Part shown: positions 62,014 through 64,000 of the stretch, piece by piece
Numbering within the stretch: the stretch's first letter is position 1
Layout of the letters: every line of letters starts with the position of its first letter
NCBI GenBank assembly: GCA_044226625.1
Contig: JBGAGQ010000013.1
Span: forward strand, 53,288-117,287
Source: Thermoanaerobaculia bacterium
GTDB lineage: Bacteria > Acidobacteriota > Thermoanaerobaculia > Multivoradales > UBA5704
Direction: 5' to 3'
DNA: 64,000 bases
Translations under genes and position numbers: made by a program
The notes under the pieces: model-generated
Told to the model about the DNA's origin: nothing
What the model saw: the letters and a program-made list of their open reading frames with translations, nothing else
Databases searched by the model: none

Positions 62014-63636
62014 CTACCCCGTCCGCAAGAAATGCCACCGCAGATCCCCGGCCATGGGCTGGAAGACCTCCGGTTGGATCTTCGCCTCGAAGCGGCGGAG
62101 GAGGGCGGAGAGGTGCTCGCCTCGGGCGGCGCGTTCCAGGACTTCGGCCGCGTCGCTGCCGGCTTTGCTGATGTAGGTCTGCCAGACCGCTTCGCGGACG
62201 GAGAGCGAGCCCATCGAGACGTTCGGCATCTTCGCCGCGCCGCGCTTCAAGAGGGAGACCTTCTCGTTCAGGCTCGCGACCGAGTCCATCGGCTCGCGCT
62301 GCCACGGCGTGTAGGGCTTCGGCACGAGGACGTTCACGCCGAGGTGGATGTGGCCGATCGTGCCGGTCTTGGCGCTCTCTTCGAGCATCACGCGATGGGC
62401 GCGCGCGGTGAGCTCGAGAATCCCTTGAACGTCGTCCATCGTCTCGCCCGGCAGGCCCACCAGGAAGTAGAGCTTCAGCTGGGTGAAGCGGTGGCGGAAG
62501 ATCAGCCGGATCTTCTCGAGCAGGAAATCGTTCGGGATCGGCTTGCCCATCTTCACCCGCAGCTCGTCCGTGCCGGTCTCGGGAGCGAGCGTGATCGAGC
62601 GGTCACCCGAGGCGTGGAGGGCGTCGAGCACCCCCTCGGTCACCGCCGGGATGCGAATCGAGGAGACGGAGGTTCGGAAACCGATCCGCGTCGCTTCGCG
62701 CAGGATGCGCTCGATCTCCGGATGGTCGCCCACGGCGGTCGCGACGAAGCCGAGCTGATCGGTGACGGAGCGCGCGCGGTCGATCGCGCCCAGGATCGCC
62801 TCGGTCGGATGCCAGCGGAACTTCCCCATGCCGAAGGTCGCCCAGCAGTACTTGCACTTCTCGGGGCAGCCGCGCGACATCTCGATCAGGAACTTGTCCG
62901 CGAACTCGGTCCGCGGCGTGACGATCACGGTCGAGGGGAGGTGGCCGGGGAGCTTCATCTGCTCGTCGGTGAGCTCCAGCTTCCGCAGCTTGCCGAGGGC
63001 GTCCCCTTCCGCTTCCGGCTGATGGTAGGCGGGGACGTAGAACCCGGGGGTCGCGGCGAGCCGGGCGAGCACCGCCTCGCGGTCGGGCTCCTCTTCGAGG
63101 GCGGAGAGCAGGGCGGGCAGCACGTTCTCCGCCGCGCCGAGCGGGAAGAAATCGACGAATTCCGCCATCGGCAGCGGGTTGATCATCGCGCACGAGCCGC
63201 CCATCGCGATCAGGGGATCGAACGGCCGGCGGTCGCTCCGGCGCAGCGGAATCCCCGCCCGATCGAGCATCTGGAGCAGGTGGACGTAGTCGTTCTCGAA
63301 CGAGACGGAGAAGCAGACGCAGGAGTACTCGTCGATCGGCCGGCCGGTCTCGACCGAGCGCGGCATGCCGGCGCCGTCGAGGAAGAAGCGGTCGCAGGTC
63401 CAGCCCGGAGCGTCGTGGACCAGGTCGTAGACGCGCTGGAACCCGAGGCTCGACATGCCGATGTGGTAGCTGTTCGCGTAGGCGAGCGCGAGCCGGTGCT
63501 CGGCGTGCGGCGAGAACTTCCGGATCGGCCGCTCGTCTGCGCGGAACGGCGCCCAATCGTGGGTTTTCTCCCGCATCCTGCCCGGCGCGGAGCCGTTGCC
63601 TCGAAAAGTGCGATCGGTCGTGGGGCGGCGTTTCAT
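62014..63636 (-). CDS. Radical SAM protein with N-terminal B12-binding-like domain
   Basis: SRGCPEKCKYC, YHIGMSSLGFQ, TLAPETG, KLYFLVGLPGET and VPKPYTP. Confidence 0.9.
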   Translation of the reverse strand: MKRRPTTDRTFRGNGSAPGRMREKTHDWAPFRADERPIRKFSPHAEHRLALAYANSYHIGMSSLGFQRVYDLVHDAPGWTCDRFFLDGAGMPRSVETGRPIDEYSCVCFSVSFENDYVHLLQMLDRAGIPLRRSDRRPFDPLIAMGGSCAMINPLPMAEFVDFFPLGAAENVLPALLSALEEEPDREAVLARLAATPGFYVPAYHQPEAEGDALGKLRKLELTDEQMKLPGHLPSTVIVTPRTEFADKFLIEMSRGCPEKCKYCWATFGMGKFRWHPTEAILGAIDRARSVTDQLGFVATAVGDHPEIERILREATRIGFRTSVSSIRIPAVTEGVLDALHASGDRSITLAPETGTDELRVKMGKPIPNDFLLEKIRLIFRHRFTQLKLYFLVGLPGETMDDVQGILELTARAHRVMLEESAKTGTIGHIHLGVNVLVPKPYTPWQREPMDSVASLNEKVSLLKRGAAKMPNVSMGSLSVREAVWQTYISKAGSDAAEVLERAARGEHLSALLRRFEAKIQPEVFQPMAGDLRWHFLRTG

Positions 63637-63727
63637 ACGCAGTCGATCCTACCTTGAGCGTCTCACCGGGGTTTTGCTGCTTCGGCGGTGGGCGGTGGGC
63701 ACTCGGCGGTGGGCAGTCGGCGGTCCG

Positions 63728-63982
63728 CGATCGTCCGTGCCAGGGTGCGGCCCAACGGGCCGCTAGAAATCAGCCTACGATTCCGTGGGTCTTGCGCCTC
63801 GGCCCTGGGCTGGATCCTCTCGGCCTTCGAGCGCTTCATGGGTTTTCCGCTTCGGGAGTCGACGATCGTCCGAGCCCAGGCGCGGCCCAACGGGCCGCTA
63901 GAAATCAGCCTAGGGCTGAGGCCGAAGGCCGATGCCCTAGGTTACAAGAGCGCGGGAAACCTGCGGCCTGAAAGGCCGCTAG
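63728..63982. repeat. REP/BIME-like palindromic repeats
   Basis: GCGGCCCAACGGGCCGCTAGAAATCAGCCTA at 63747 and 63882; variant GCGGCCTGAAAGGCCGCTAGA at 63963. Confidence 0.75.
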
Positions 63983-64000
63983 AGCGAGGGCTCGTCTCCT

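Overview
High-GC bacterial chromosomal window. The gene content (Oar-type TonB receptor, sulfatase-TPR fusion, several Ser/Thr kinases, TIGR02999-type ECF) suggests Acidobacteriota; this is inference only. Housekeeping genes include gatB (partial), ftsEX, OmpA, a fused 2-oxoacid dehydrogenase E1, tex, ettA, pcrA/uvrD, ruvB, a lipid kinase, an ADP-forming acyl-CoA ligase and a radical SAM protein. An accessory block spans about 29.2-54.4 kb. The best candidate for an undescribed system is at 29242-46258. Two paralogous, acidic secreted proteins of unknown family point outward and bracket eight signalling genes (sigma54 activator, HD-GYP, a degenerate kinase, hybrid kinases, a stand-alone receiver). 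All three divergent intergenic regions in this block carry a GG-N10-GC sigma54 promoter and tandem GTCCG-N5-CGGAC palindromes spaced 20-21 bp apart, and one also has a perfect IHF box. This reads as a self-contained sigma54 regulon. Other notable items: a 184-bp CTAG-bounded MITE-like hairpin in two copies, each coinciding with a stop codon; an ECF-Ser/Thr kinase pair beside uncharacterised secreted paralogs; a nonsense-interrupted toxin-like gene with an intact partner; BrnTA; a degenerate 21-bp-periodic inverted repeat; and REP-like palindromes. Everything was read by eye and no searches were run.
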